Shown here piece after piece: positions 15,051 to 23,032 of a DNA stretch of 30,522 nucleotides. The notes beneath the pieces were generated by a model. The model ran no database searches. It was not told where the DNA came from and saw only the letters and a list, made by a program, of their open reading frames with translations. Within the stretch, counting starts at the first letter, position 1; the number at the start of each line of letters is the position of its first letter. This stretch comes from Candidatus Micrarchaeota archaeon CG_4_10_14_0_2_um_filter_60_11 (lineage in GTDB: Archaea; Micrarchaeota; Micrarchaeia; Norongarragalinales; Norongarragalinaceae). A program made the translations under genes and the position numbers. The stretch lies in the NCBI GenBank assembly GCA_002792915.1, contig PFPF01000020.1:1-30522 (forward strand), in the 5' to 3' direction.

Positions 15051-17792
15051 TCACTTGTAGCGCAACAGCGCGCCGAGCCCCTTGAAAGTGGCGTAAAACT
15101 GCGAGCCTTCCGGCGTGTCGCGCGAAATCATTTCGATTGGAACCGCCTTTTCCTCCGCGCGGCCGACTATTGCATTCACCAGGTCGTGCTCGTCCACCAC
15201 CTGCCACTTGCCGCCGCACTCGCACGGTTCGGGGGAACCGGGCTTTTCCTGCAGCTTGACGCGCTCTTTCCCGCAGTTGCCGCACTTTTGTTTTATTTGC
15301 CACAATTCCATGCCTTCGGTCACGAGTAGCCGCTCGATTTGCCCGCGTTCGAGCGCGGACTGGATTTCCGCCAGGCCGTACAATGAGAGGCCGCCGGTCG
15401 AGACGCGCTTCATGAATTCGTCCAAGAGCTTCTTCTCCTTGACCGCCTCCTGGTCCGAGATGATTTCCGAGGACTTTTCCAGCACTTCGCGGATTCCGAA
15501 CTCGTCAGTGTAACCCGTGTCCACCACGCCGAGAATCTTGAGCTGGTAGTTGAACGGCGCCATTTTGACGAAGTCGTGCTTCGCCGGGCCGGGCCCGCCG
15601 ACTATCACGCCCAGGAAATTCTTTAAGCCGACGAACGCGTCCATGGCAGCGCCTATGCGCTTGTAATAGAACTCGACGCCTTCCACGTGCAGGCGGTCGT
15701 AACGGTTCGCGCTGTTATGAACTACGACGCCATTCGCTATGAAGTTGCGGGTTTCCGGAACGCTCAAATCATAAAACGCGCCCTCGACCGAACAAGGCTC
15801 CTTTTTCGCGAGTTTCGCAGGAATCACTTGAGCACAAGCAATTCTTTCGATGACGTCGGCTATCGCCTCGGCTTTCCCGGCGAGGTCACTTCCCTCCTCG
15901 CGCAACAGAACCGCACGCTTCTTGAAAACGGGCAAAACTCGCTCGGCGAAGAGGCGGCGGCTCAGCGCGCGGGCGCCGTTCAAGAACGACGGCAAGCCTT
16001 TGAAATCCGCGTTCTTCAAGCCCACCTCGCGCGCCAACCTTTTTACGAGCAAGCCGTTCACGGGCGCCTGGTCGCAGCGGTTCACACTGCACTTCGCCGA
16101 GATTATTTTCAAGAGGCCACCCTGTTTACGCGAACCCGAAAAGCCTATGTTAGAAGCGAATCGCGCCAGCGAAGCGGAATCGCTCACCTCAAGGTAGTAT
16201 TGCTGTTTTTTGCCGCTTTTTTTCGGCGCGCAGGAAGCGATTATTCCAAAGCGCAGCAAGAGGAGGCGCGCGGTTTTGACCGCGCCCTCGTTGGCCATAG
16301 CCAAGGAAATGCGCCCGCTTGAGGCTGAGCCTTCCGCGTCAAACAAGCCGCGGAGGAAGCCAGCCACGACATCGTTCGGCGAACGCATCACCTTTTCGGG
16401 CACCTGCTTGTCTGCAAGCTCGGGAAACGCCTTCGCGAACAATTCGACGAGCCATTTGTTGTAAGCCGTCGTCTCGAAACACTCACCCCACCCGGACGCG
16501 CGCTTTTTGATGCGCGTGGAAGCGCCGAAAACCGCGCCAATCATCGCTTCATAGTGCTTCGCGACTTCAAGGTCGCCCTCGTAAAAGCGCAGGCGGTTTA
16601 CGTCAAAACAACCGTCACCCAAGAAATAGCCGGTTATTTGCGCCAGTTCTGGCGTGACTTCGGCGGGAAAACAAACGAGTTTCCACTTCTCCGCGTACGC
16701 GCGAACGAAAGCGTTCGCATCAAAGCCGTAGTGCCCCAAGAGCCGTTCGAGGCGTGCTTGGCCGAAGTTTGCGTCGCCGCGCTCCAACTCCGAAACGGAA
16801 GCCTGGTCGAGTCCAGCAGCAGCCGCGGCCTCGCGCTGCAGTTCGCCCAGCGACTTGCGCTTTTCGACGAGTTTAATCCGTCCTTCCTGCGAGAGCACGG
16901 CGGTGCCTTCTGGGGCGACGGCCTCGGTCAGGACGCGTTCGGCGGGCGAAGGAAGTTTTGAAGCGAGCAGCAAAAAGTCGCCTTCCTTCAAATCTTCGGC
17001 GCGCTTTTCTTCGAAGCCGTTTTCGGTTACCGTGAAGAAGACGTGTTCGGGGGTCACCTTCAAAGTTGAAACGGGGTTGCGCGTTTTCAACAAAAGCGCT
17101 TTCTGTGATTGCCGCACCGTTACCTTGTCGCACGCCGCGTCCGCCGTCTTCAACGACTTAAAATCCAAGGCTGCCAAGGAACGGCCTTCCACGGCGTTCC
17201 TTATCGGAAGCACGCTGCCGTCCGAGAAGCAAACCAACTCGTTTTCGTGAATGCACTGCCCGCCCTTGTGCACCTTCTGGTGCGCCGTGGACTCCATGCG
17301 CTTGACCACGCGGATTTGCTTGCCCTTGAGCACGGCAACCGTGGCCTCCTTCCCATCCATCACGACGAGCCCGTACTGCCCGCCGACGTCGATGAGCTCT
17401 TCCAGCGGCTCGGTAACGAACACCGACTCGCAGCGGTAGAACTGCACGGCGAGCGGCATGGGCGGCTCGATTGAGAAAAGCTCGTAATCCGTCTTGCCCT
17501 CGACTTGGCTCACGTTGCCCGCGAAAACCGCCATGCCGTTTGCGGGAGGCGTCCTGAAGTTCTTGAGGAAAGCCATGATGCGCTCGAGCGCCGCCTGCAC
17601 GTTCTTCTGGGTGGACTTGCTCTTGATGTTGGAAGCCTGCCCGTACTCGTCGCGCAGCTTGGCGACGATGTCGCTGATTTGGTAGCCGGGCGTGATGTAC
17701 ACGCTAATCAATTCAGTCCCGCGCCCGCGGTATTTCTTCAAGGCTTCGACTTGCTTCTTGAAGTCAAAACGAGCCTTCGACTCCTCCGACAT
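15051..17792 (-). CDS. prf1: Peptide chain release factor aRF1 (eRF1 homolog) interrupted by an intein at the GGQ motif
   Basis: NIKS motif (GQASNIKSKSTQKNV). GGQ is followed directly by CIHENEL... (intein) ...VVHN-SANRYDRL, which resumes aRF1 domain 2/3. Extein total is about 401 aa. Confidence 0.9.
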   Translation of the reverse strand: MSEESKARFDFKKQVEALKKYRGRGTELISVYITPGYQISDIVAKLRDEYGQASNIKSKSTQKNVQAALERIMAFLKNFRTPPANGMAVFAGNVSQVEGKTDYELFSIEPPMPLAVQFYRCESVFVTEPLEELIDVGGQYGLVVMDGKEATVAVLKGKQIRVVKRMESTAHQKVHKGGQCIHENELVCFSDGSVLPIRNAVEGRSLAALDFKSLKTADAACDKVTVRQSQKALLLKTRNPVSTLKVTPEHVFFTVTENGFEEKRAEDLKEGDFLLLASKLPSPAERVLTEAVAPEGTAVLSQEGRIKLVEKRKSLGELQREAAAAAGLDQASVSELERGDANFGQARLERLLGHYGFDANAFVRAYAEKWKLVCFPAEVTPELAQITGYFLGDGCFDVNRLRFYEGDLEVAKHYEAMIGAVFGASTRIKKRASGWGECFETTAYNKWLVELFAKAFPELADKQVPEKVMRSPNDVVAGFLRGLFDAEGSASSGRISLAMANEGAVKTARLLLLRFGIIASCAPKKSGKKQQYYLEVSDSASLARFASNIGFSGSRKQGGLLKIISAKCSVNRCDQAPVNGLLVKRLAREVGLKNADFKGLPSFLNGARALSRRLFAERVLPVFKKRAVLLREEGSDLAGKAEAIADVIERIACAQVIPAKLAKKEPCSVEGAFYDLSVPETRNFIANGVVVHNSANRYDRLHVEGVEFYYKRIGAAMDAFVGLKNFLGVIVGGPGPAKHDFVKMAPFNYQLKILGVVDTGYTDEFGIREVLEKSSEIISDQEAVKEKKLLDEFMKRVSTGGLSLYGLAEIQSALERGQIERLLVTEGMELWQIKQKCGNCGKERVKLQEKPGSPEPCECGGKWQVVDEHDLVNAIVGRAEEKAVPIEMISRDTPEGSQFYATFKGLGALLRYK
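15714..17249 (-). mobile_element. Intein (512 aa) with LAGLIDADG homing-endonuclease domain, inserted after GGQ of aRF1
   Basis: N-terminal Cys (codon at 17247-17249). Block B VTPEHVFFTV, DOD motifs ITGYFLGDGCFD and GFLRGLFDAEGSAS, C-terminal FIANGVVVHN followed by extein Ser. Internal HTH-like segment LGELQREAAAAAGLDQASVSELERG. Confidence 0.8.
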
Positions 17793-17863
17793 AAGATTAA
17801 ATACGCAAAAGCGAATTATAAACCGTTGGAAAAAACGCCCCGCCGCACTTCCGGTAAAGGCTA

Positions 17864-18334
17864 ATGCTTAAAAAGGGTCACGACTTAGTCATGATTAACT
17901 GTGATTGGGTCATGACGGGTGAAAACGAGTTTGCAACGGTCGTGAAGGACTTCCGCGAGATGCAGGAATCGTTCAAGGACCCTGTTTACCTGGCCAGCCT
18001 GATGCACAAAATCAGCGAGGAGCGCACGGCATCGAATTTGGTGTTGAAGGAAATCAACGCCAAGCTGGACAGGCTCGCAACGCTGGAGCACAGGATAGCG
18101 AGAATCGAGGAGCGCATGGGCCCGGGCCGCGAGGCTACTGCGCTAAGCGAGGTGGACGAGGAAATCGTCGCCTTCGTGAAAAAGAGCGGGGTCGCGTGCG
18201 CCGAGGACGTCAGGCGCGCCTTGAAGTACAAGGGCAAGAACGCCGCGAGCGCGCGGCTGAACGCCTTGCACAGGCAGGGCGTTTTGGAGAAGAAGAGGGC
18301 GGGAATGAAGGTATTCTACGCCTTGTCACACTGA
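17864..18334 (+). CDS. Putative transcriptional regulator with C-terminal winged-helix domain
   Basis: 156 aa with a central coiled-coil-like stretch. C-terminal LSEVDEEIVAFVKKSGVACAEDVRRALKYKGKNAASARLNALHRQGVLEKK resembles a wHTH. Divergent from aRF1 and shares a TATA-rich intergenic region with it. Confidence 0.45.
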   Translation: MLKKGHDLVMINCDWVMTGENEFATVVKDFREMQESFKDPVYLASLMHKISEERTASNLVLKEINAKLDRLATLEHRIARIEERMGPGREATALSEVDEEIVAFVKKSGVACAEDVRRALKYKGKNAASARLNALHRQGVLEKKRAGMKVFYALSH

Positions 18335-18335
18335 A

Positions 18336-18360
18336 CCGGTTTTCGCAAGGAAACCGTTTC
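18336..18360 (+). terminator. Hairpin (CGGTTT-TCGCAAGG-AAACCG) plus T-rich tail immediately after the stop of the wHTH gene
   Basis: Seen directly in sequence 2 nt after the TGA at 18332-18334. Confidence 0.35.
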
Positions 18361-18390
18361 AACCCACCTTGAAGAAAAGAGGTATTTTCT

Positions 18391-18600
18391 TCATTGGGCC
18401 GGGGTCCGCACCCCCACCATAAGCGGACTCCGGCCCAACCTAATTTTAGTTGAATTCGCAACGCTAGACGGTTTTCTTTCGCGGCGCCATCGCCTTTCTT
18501 TTCCCAAAAGAAAGGCAAGGCTTTTCTTTGGCGCGGCGCCACCGCACCTTTCTTTTCGAAAAAAGAAAGGCAAGGCATTTTTAAGGTTTGGCGGGCTAGG
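18391..18600. repeat. Intergenic array of strong hairpins: a 14-bp GC-rich stem-loop followed by two roughly 52-nt direct repeats, each with a perfect 10-bp CCTTTCTTTT/AAAAGAAAGG hairpin and a T-run
   Basis: GGGCCGGGGTCCGC-ACCCCCACCATAA-GCGGACTCCGGCCC, then R1 ttttctttcgcggcgccatcgcctttcttttcccaaaagaaaggcaaggc and R2 ttttctttggcgcggcgccaccgcacctttcttttcgaaaaaagaaaggcaaggc. Confidence 0.6.
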
Positions 18601-18609
18601 CTCTTGGTC

Positions 18610-20133
18610 ATGAAAAAATCGGACAAGAGGCCGCTGCTGCTCGCGGTCGCGATCGCCTCGGCAATGGCGTTCTTCGGCATCGCGTTCAGCGCGCTCGACA
18701 ACTGGCTGAAAGCGTTGCTGATGCTGGCCACGCTAGCCGCCTGCGGTTCGCTCGTGCGCCGTTTGACCGGCTGGGAGGATTACTACGGGTTCATGATTGC
18801 GCGCGGCGGCGCGGGCCTGGGTTGGATGAAGGTAATCGCCAAGAATCACGCCGCGGCGTGCAGGCGCATCGTTGACGCGGGCTTGACGCTGTGCTTCGGC
18901 CTGCCGTACGGGGCGCGCGTTTTCGGGTGGCGCAGCAAACAGTGGATGGAAGGCGCCACGCTGAACATCCTGTTCTTCGCTTTCTTCTTCATAATGCAGG
19001 CGGGCACGTTGAATGCCACGAGCGTCCTCTTCATCTGCCTCGGCTTGCTGGGCGGGTTGTGCGGGGTCGGCTTCGGGTTCATCATCCAGCACGCGTTCAA
19101 CGTCTTAACCGTGCCGAACACTCCGCCCGGAGTGACGCTGCTCCTGCCCGGAATCACGCTGCCGTGGGAGTCCGTCTTCGCGGTTTTGGCGATAGCCGTG
19201 GTGCACGAGTTGGCGCACGGCGTCTTGGCGAACGTGGAAAAGGTGAAAATCAAGTCGTCCGGCGTGCTGCTGCTGGGCTTCCTGCCGGTGGGCGCGTTCG
19301 TGGAGCCCGACGAGAAGGCGCTGCAAAAGCGCGGCATCCACACGAAGCGCCGCGTGCTCGCCGCGGGCAGCATTTCCAACGCATTGTTCTTCTTCGTCTT
19401 CCTCGCGCTCGCCCTGGCGACCGCGGCCGCGCTCAACTCCACGATTGAAAGGGTGAGCGTCTCCGCAATCGCATCAAATTCAACCGCGCCGATAGGCTTG
19501 CAGACGGGCGACGCGCTGACTTCGTTCGCCTCGGCGCGCGAAGCCGAAGCCTTCTTCTTTAAAATCGCGTCAGAGGGCGGCGGCTGGGCCGTGACGCAGG
19601 TCAACGGGGCCGAAAAAGGAATACGCATTTCCGAAGTTTCGGTGGACACGGCGAATGCGGGGTCGCCCAACGCGGGCTTGCTTGCGAAAGGCGAGGTCTT
19701 GCTTTCGGCCGACGGGGCGCCCGTGTACGGGTTCGACGACTTGGAGTCCGCGGTCAGGGCGCATGCGGCAAACGCGACGATTGCGGTTGAGACTACCGCC
19801 GGAGCAAAGCTGCTGAAAATCGGAACTGATGGAAAATTGGGCGTGTCGTTCAGGCAAACGCTCACATTCGAAGCAACGGACGCGCCGTCGAACGCCGCGC
19901 TGTACGCGCTGCTCGCGTTCCTGCTGGTCGTCTTCTCGTACGCCTACCTGCTCAACTTCATCCTCGCGATTATGAACCTGCTGCCCCTGTTCCTCACGGA
20001 CGGGCACCGCATAATTTACGAGGAGTTTGTTGAAGCGTGGGGCAAGAAGAAGGCGGCGCTCTACTCGGCGCTCGTGGGCTTCGCGACGATCGGGCTGCTG
20101 CTGTTGAACGCGCTGCCCTGGCTGTGGGCGTAA
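18610..20133 (+). CDS. Site-2 protease family (M50) zinc metalloprotease with PDZ domain
   Basis: HELAHG zinc motif, the C-terminal NLLPLFLTDGHRI (LDG) motif, multiple TM helices and a central PDZ-like region. The track start is TTG 18604. ATG 18610 is preferred. Confidence 0.85.
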   Translation: MKKSDKRPLLLAVAIASAMAFFGIAFSALDNWLKALLMLATLAACGSLVRRLTGWEDYYGFMIARGGAGLGWMKVIAKNHAAACRRIVDAGLTLCFGLPYGARVFGWRSKQWMEGATLNILFFAFFFIMQAGTLNATSVLFICLGLLGGLCGVGFGFIIQHAFNVLTVPNTPPGVTLLLPGITLPWESVFAVLAIAVVHELAHGVLANVEKVKIKSSGVLLLGFLPVGAFVEPDEKALQKRGIHTKRRVLAAGSISNALFFFVFLALALATAAALNSTIERVSVSAIASNSTAPIGLQTGDALTSFASAREAEAFFFKIASEGGGWAVTQVNGAEKGIRISEVSVDTANAGSPNAGLLAKGEVLLSADGAPVYGFDDLESAVRAHAANATIAVETTAGAKLLKIGTDGKLGVSFRQTLTFEATDAPSNAALYALLAFLLVVFSYAYLLNFILAIMNLLPLFLTDGHRIIYEEFVEAWGKKKAALYSALVGFATIGLLLLNALPWLWA

Positions 20134-20175
20134 GTTTAAATTGGCTGCGATGTTGGGTTAAGCGGAGGGGAAAAA

Positions 20176-20553
20176 ATGCTCAAAAAAATAGTCGCAAAAG
20201 TCAAGAGCATCAGGACCCACATCGTGGACTCCATCACGCGCAGGCCCGACGTGAACGTTTCCGGCCTGAAGCCGGAAGAAAAGGTGTTCAAGGAGTCCGT
20301 CGAAGAGGAGTGCAGGCGCGCCCTCGGAAAGATTCGCAAGCGCGTGCCCAACGCCCGCATAAGCGTGCACGTGAAGAGCTCGCTCAAGGGCAAGTGGTAC
20401 GAAATCAAGGGCACGCTCGAACTGCCCGGCGGCAGCATGTACGCCTCGGCATCCGACCGCGAACTGTACGGCGCGCTAATACGCGTGCTTTACGAGTTCC
20501 AGGAAGAGGCGCGCCGCGTCAAGAGTTACGGGAAAAAAGGTGGTTTCAAGTGA
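20176..20553 (+). CDS. Ribosome hibernation factor-like protein (HPF/RaiA, S30AE family fold) with about 24-aa N-terminal extension
   Basis: NVSGLKPEEKVFKESVEE ... RISVHVKSSLKGKWYEIKGTLELPGGSMYASASDRELYGALIRVLYEFQEEARRVKS aligns block-by-block with E. coli HPF (NITGNNVEITEALREFV ... VYVVLKVEK ... [40 protein letters not shown]). A GGAGG Shine-Dalgarno motif and a TTTAAAT box lie upstream. Confidence 0.6.
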   Translation: MLKKIVAKVKSIRTHIVDSITRRPDVNVSGLKPEEKVFKESVEEECRRALGKIRKRVPNARISVHVKSSLKGKWYEIKGTLELPGGSMYASASDRELYGALIRVLYEFQEEARRVKSYGKKGGFK

Positions 20554-20873
20554 ACTCGAAAATATTTTATGCCGCAATCGCGGTGCTCGGCGTCATGCTT
20601 TTGGCGCTCTCGGCGTACCAGTTCAACCAGTGGTGGAACACGCGCGCGACCCTCCAGCCGTCGCTCACGCAGCTGGACGAGATCGCGGGCGACGCGGAAA
20701 CGCTCGCGGCGCTGGGCCTGGGCGCGGCGGACGTCGAATCCACGAGGAGCACGATGACGGGCGCGCTTGACGCCATGATGCAGGTCGCGCTTGCCGACTT
20801 GGTGCTGGGCGTGCTGCTGTTCGCCGCGGGCGTGTCGTACTACCCGCGCGAGCACGCGCAAGGGCACTACTGA
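20550..20873 (+). CDS. Hypothetical small membrane protein (2 TM), GTG start overlapping the HPF-like stop
   Basis: In-frame tail of the spurious long ORF 20037-20873. VNSKIFYAAIAVLGVMLLALSAYQF ... LADLVLGVLLFAAGVSYY. Confidence 0.35.
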   Translation: MNSKIFYAAIAVLGVMLLALSAYQFNQWWNTRATLQPSLTQLDEIAGDAETLAALGLGAADVESTRSTMTGALDAMMQVALADLVLGVLLFAAGVSYYPREHAQGHY

Positions 20874-20908
20874 ACGCTTTTTTAGCCTTCCCGACGCAAG
20901 GATAGCTT

Positions 20909-21709
20909 ATGCCGCGCCGCAACCGCATCGACGAACTCTTGAGGGATGGGAAAACCCGCGCTACGCTGGAAAAGCGCGCCGCTTCCCCCTTGGCCGAACG
21001 CGAGGAATGGCTCAAGCCCGAGGTGGGCGACGCGCCGCTGGCGAACGACGAGGACGTCCGCCGCTTGGCCGCGAAATCCAGCGGCAACTCAGTAGCGCCG
21101 AACGCGGCAAGGCGGATGTTCAATGGGCAGGACTTCAAGCGCCTGACCGCGAACTACGCCGACAGGAACGCGGCCGCGCTGCACGAGATAAGGCACTTGT
21201 TCAAGGGACGCGACAAGGTCGTCGCGTGGGTGATAGGCCTCGGCGGCTCGCCCGTCGAGCATGAGGAAGTCGCGGAACACCTGCGCGCCGCCGGCGTGCG
21301 GGACTACGAAGTGTACGCAGCGGACATCCAAGGCGGCATAGTCCGCAAAATGGGCGCGGAAACCGCGCACGTGAAGCCCGTCCAACTGGACGCGCTCCTC
21401 GCGACGCCCGTCAAGCGGCCCGACTTGATAGTGTGCCTGAACACAACTTACCAATCCAACGCGAAAATGCAAAAATGGCTGGCCGCAAACTTCGCGGAGG
21501 CGCTGAACCCACGCGGCTTCGTCATAACCGAGTCGCGCGGCGGTTACCGCGGCAGGGTGAACCCGTTTCTGGACGAGCTCGCGCCCGCGTTGACGGAACG
21601 CAAGTTCAAGACCGAAATCGACGAGCTGTTCAAAACCTACCCCGCGCTGCGGGAAGAAGGGGACCGCGGCTACCGCGAAAAGCACTACTCGCTGTTCTAC
21701 AAAGAGTGA
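20909..21709 (+). CDS. Hypothetical protein, possibly a degenerate Rossmann/methyltransferase-like fold
   Basis: 266 aa. Segments VVAWVIGLGGSPVE, DYEVYAADIQ and PDLIVCLNT are spaced like MTase motifs I/II/IV, but no clean GxGxG. Confidence 0.4.
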   Translation: MPRRNRIDELLRDGKTRATLEKRAASPLAEREEWLKPEVGDAPLANDEDVRRLAAKSSGNSVAPNAARRMFNGQDFKRLTANYADRNAAALHEIRHLFKGRDKVVAWVIGLGGSPVEHEEVAEHLRAAGVRDYEVYAADIQGGIVRKMGAETAHVKPVQLDALLATPVKRPDLIVCLNTTYQSNAKMQKWLAANFAEALNPRGFVITESRGGYRGRVNPFLDELAPALTERKFKTEIDELFKTYPALREEGDRGYREKHYSLFYKE

Positions 21710-21732
21710 GCCGCGCGGCGGGCGGGCGCGCT

Positions 21733-22953
21733 TTAGTACTTCACGACGACGGTCTCGCCGACGCTGGAAATGTGGTCGAACTCCAGGTCGATGCGCTGTC
21801 CCGCCTGCGTCTTGATGACGAAAGCGTGCGCGCGCTTGTCCACGTCCGCAATCTTGCCCACGAACGAGCCCATCTCGGTATAGACGCCCTTGCCGACTAT
21901 GTTCATGCGCGAAATGATGCTCTTGCGGAACTCCGCCGCAAGGTAGGACGCGAGGTACATTGCGACCACGCCCAAGAGGAGCGCGTAAAAGAACGAGGAG
22001 AACGGCGCGTCGCCGAGAATCCAGTCCGCGGCGTTGTTGAAAATCAGCCAGAACAGGAGCACCATGCTGCCGTAGACCACGTAAGTCGGCAGCTGGTAGT
22101 TCTTCCTCTCGCTGATGGCGCGCAGCGTCAGCCCGCCGATTACCAGGAACAAGGCGATTGGCAGGAGCAGTAACAAGTCCTTCAGGAACCACGCCGCGAG
22201 GCGGCTCAGGTTGGACTCGCCCGCGTACTCGAGCGCCAGCACGCGCGAGATTGCCAGCCAGAACGACGCGATGAACAGCGGCGCGGACGCGAAGTAGAAC
22301 ACGAAGTCCAGGCTGTCGGGGGAGACCTTGAAGGTGAAGCTCTTCTTGAACAGCATTTCTTCCACGCCGAAGCCCTTGAGCACCAGGTAAATCCCGAGAA
22401 AGCCCACGAACCAGCGCAGGCCCGGGTCCCCGAAGAGAAAGTAGAGCAGCAGGGCGGCGCCGGGCACGCCGAACACGACGCGCGCGAACGCGGGCTCCTT
22501 TAGCTTGTCGAGGATGACGAAGTAAGTCTTCTCCAGCTCCTTGGACTGCTTCACGTTCACGGTGCGCACGCTGTCCACGCGAATCCTCGACTGTATCAGC
22601 GGCAGGACGCGCTCGTCGCTGGCGCCGTCGCTCACGAAAACGCACGACTCGGGCACGAACTCCTTGATTACGCGGTCCAGCTGCTTGGCGATTTCGACGT
22701 CCGCGTGGTAAGCCGAGCGGCCGCTGCCCACGATTGTCGCCACTTCAACGTCATGCTCCCCGGAAAGCTGTTCGGCAGTCTTGACCGCGTCGAAAACAGT
22801 GTTCGCGTCCGCGTCCTCCGGATCCGCGAGGGCCAGCTTGGTCGCCGCTTCAAGGTTCGCCTTCCTGCCGATGACCGGGCCGCGCACGCGCGCCTTTACC
22901 CCCAAGTCGTCGTCAACGTCCACGCAGAGCACGAGCAAGCGCTTCTTTGCCAT
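21733..22953 (-). CDS. DUF373-like archaeal membrane protein (N-terminal soluble domain plus C-terminal multi-TM domain)
   Basis: Start chosen at MAKKRLLVLCVDVDDDLG (ATG 22953). The track's start at 23067 adds a 38-aa hydrophobic leader that runs through the divergent promoter. C-terminal half has 6-7 TM helices. Confidence 0.5.
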   Translation of the reverse strand: MAKKRLLVLCVDVDDDLGVKARVRGPVIGRKANLEAATKLALADPEDADANTVFDAVKTAEQLSGEHDVEVATIVGSGRSAYHADVEIAKQLDRVIKEFVPESCVFVSDGASDERVLPLIQSRIRVDSVRTVNVKQSKELEKTYFVILDKLKEPAFARVVFGVPGAALLLYFLFGDPGLRWFVGFLGIYLVLKGFGVEEMLFKKSFTFKVSPDSLDFVFYFASAPLFIASFWLAISRVLALEYAGESNLSRLAAWFLKDLLLLLPIALFLVIGGLTLRAISERKNYQLPTYVVYGSMVLLFWLIFNNAADWILGDAPFSSFFYALLLGVVAMYLASYLAAEFRKSIISRMNIVGKGVYTEMGSFVGKIADVDKRAHAFVIKTQAGQRIDLEFDHISSVGETVVVKY

Positions 22954-22975
22954 AACGACGAATTCACCCGCGGCG

Positions 22976-22985
22976 GGTATAAAAC
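22976..22985. promoter_or_regulatory. TATA box (GGTATAAAAC) in the 80-bp divergent intergenic region between DUF373 and SPFH genes
   Basis: Only strong AT box between the starts at 22953 (minus) and 23033 (plus). Confidence 0.35.
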
Positions 22986-23032
22986 CCTTGTTTCCAGAAC
23001 GAATAAAAGCCGAAAAACACGGAATAATAGCC

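Noticed and set aside
18470-18590. Possible mini-CRISPR from two similar roughly 52-nt repeats
   Set aside because: Only two copies, directly adjacent with no spacer, no cas genes nearby and the repeats are imperfect. Better explained as tandem hairpin elements.
20037-20873. 278-aa plus-strand ORF
   Set aside because: Its first 170 aa are Arg-rich, overlap the HPF-like gene in another frame, and overlap the S2P gene end. Only the C-terminal roughly 107 aa (2-TM protein from GTG 20550) look real.
21089-22645. 518-aa ORF on the minus strand, the longest unannotated ORF in the track
   Set aside because: Extremely Arg/Pro/Gly/Ala-rich with low complexity and antisense to two well-supported genes (the 20909-21709 ORF and the DUF373 gene). 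A typical high-GC frame artefact.
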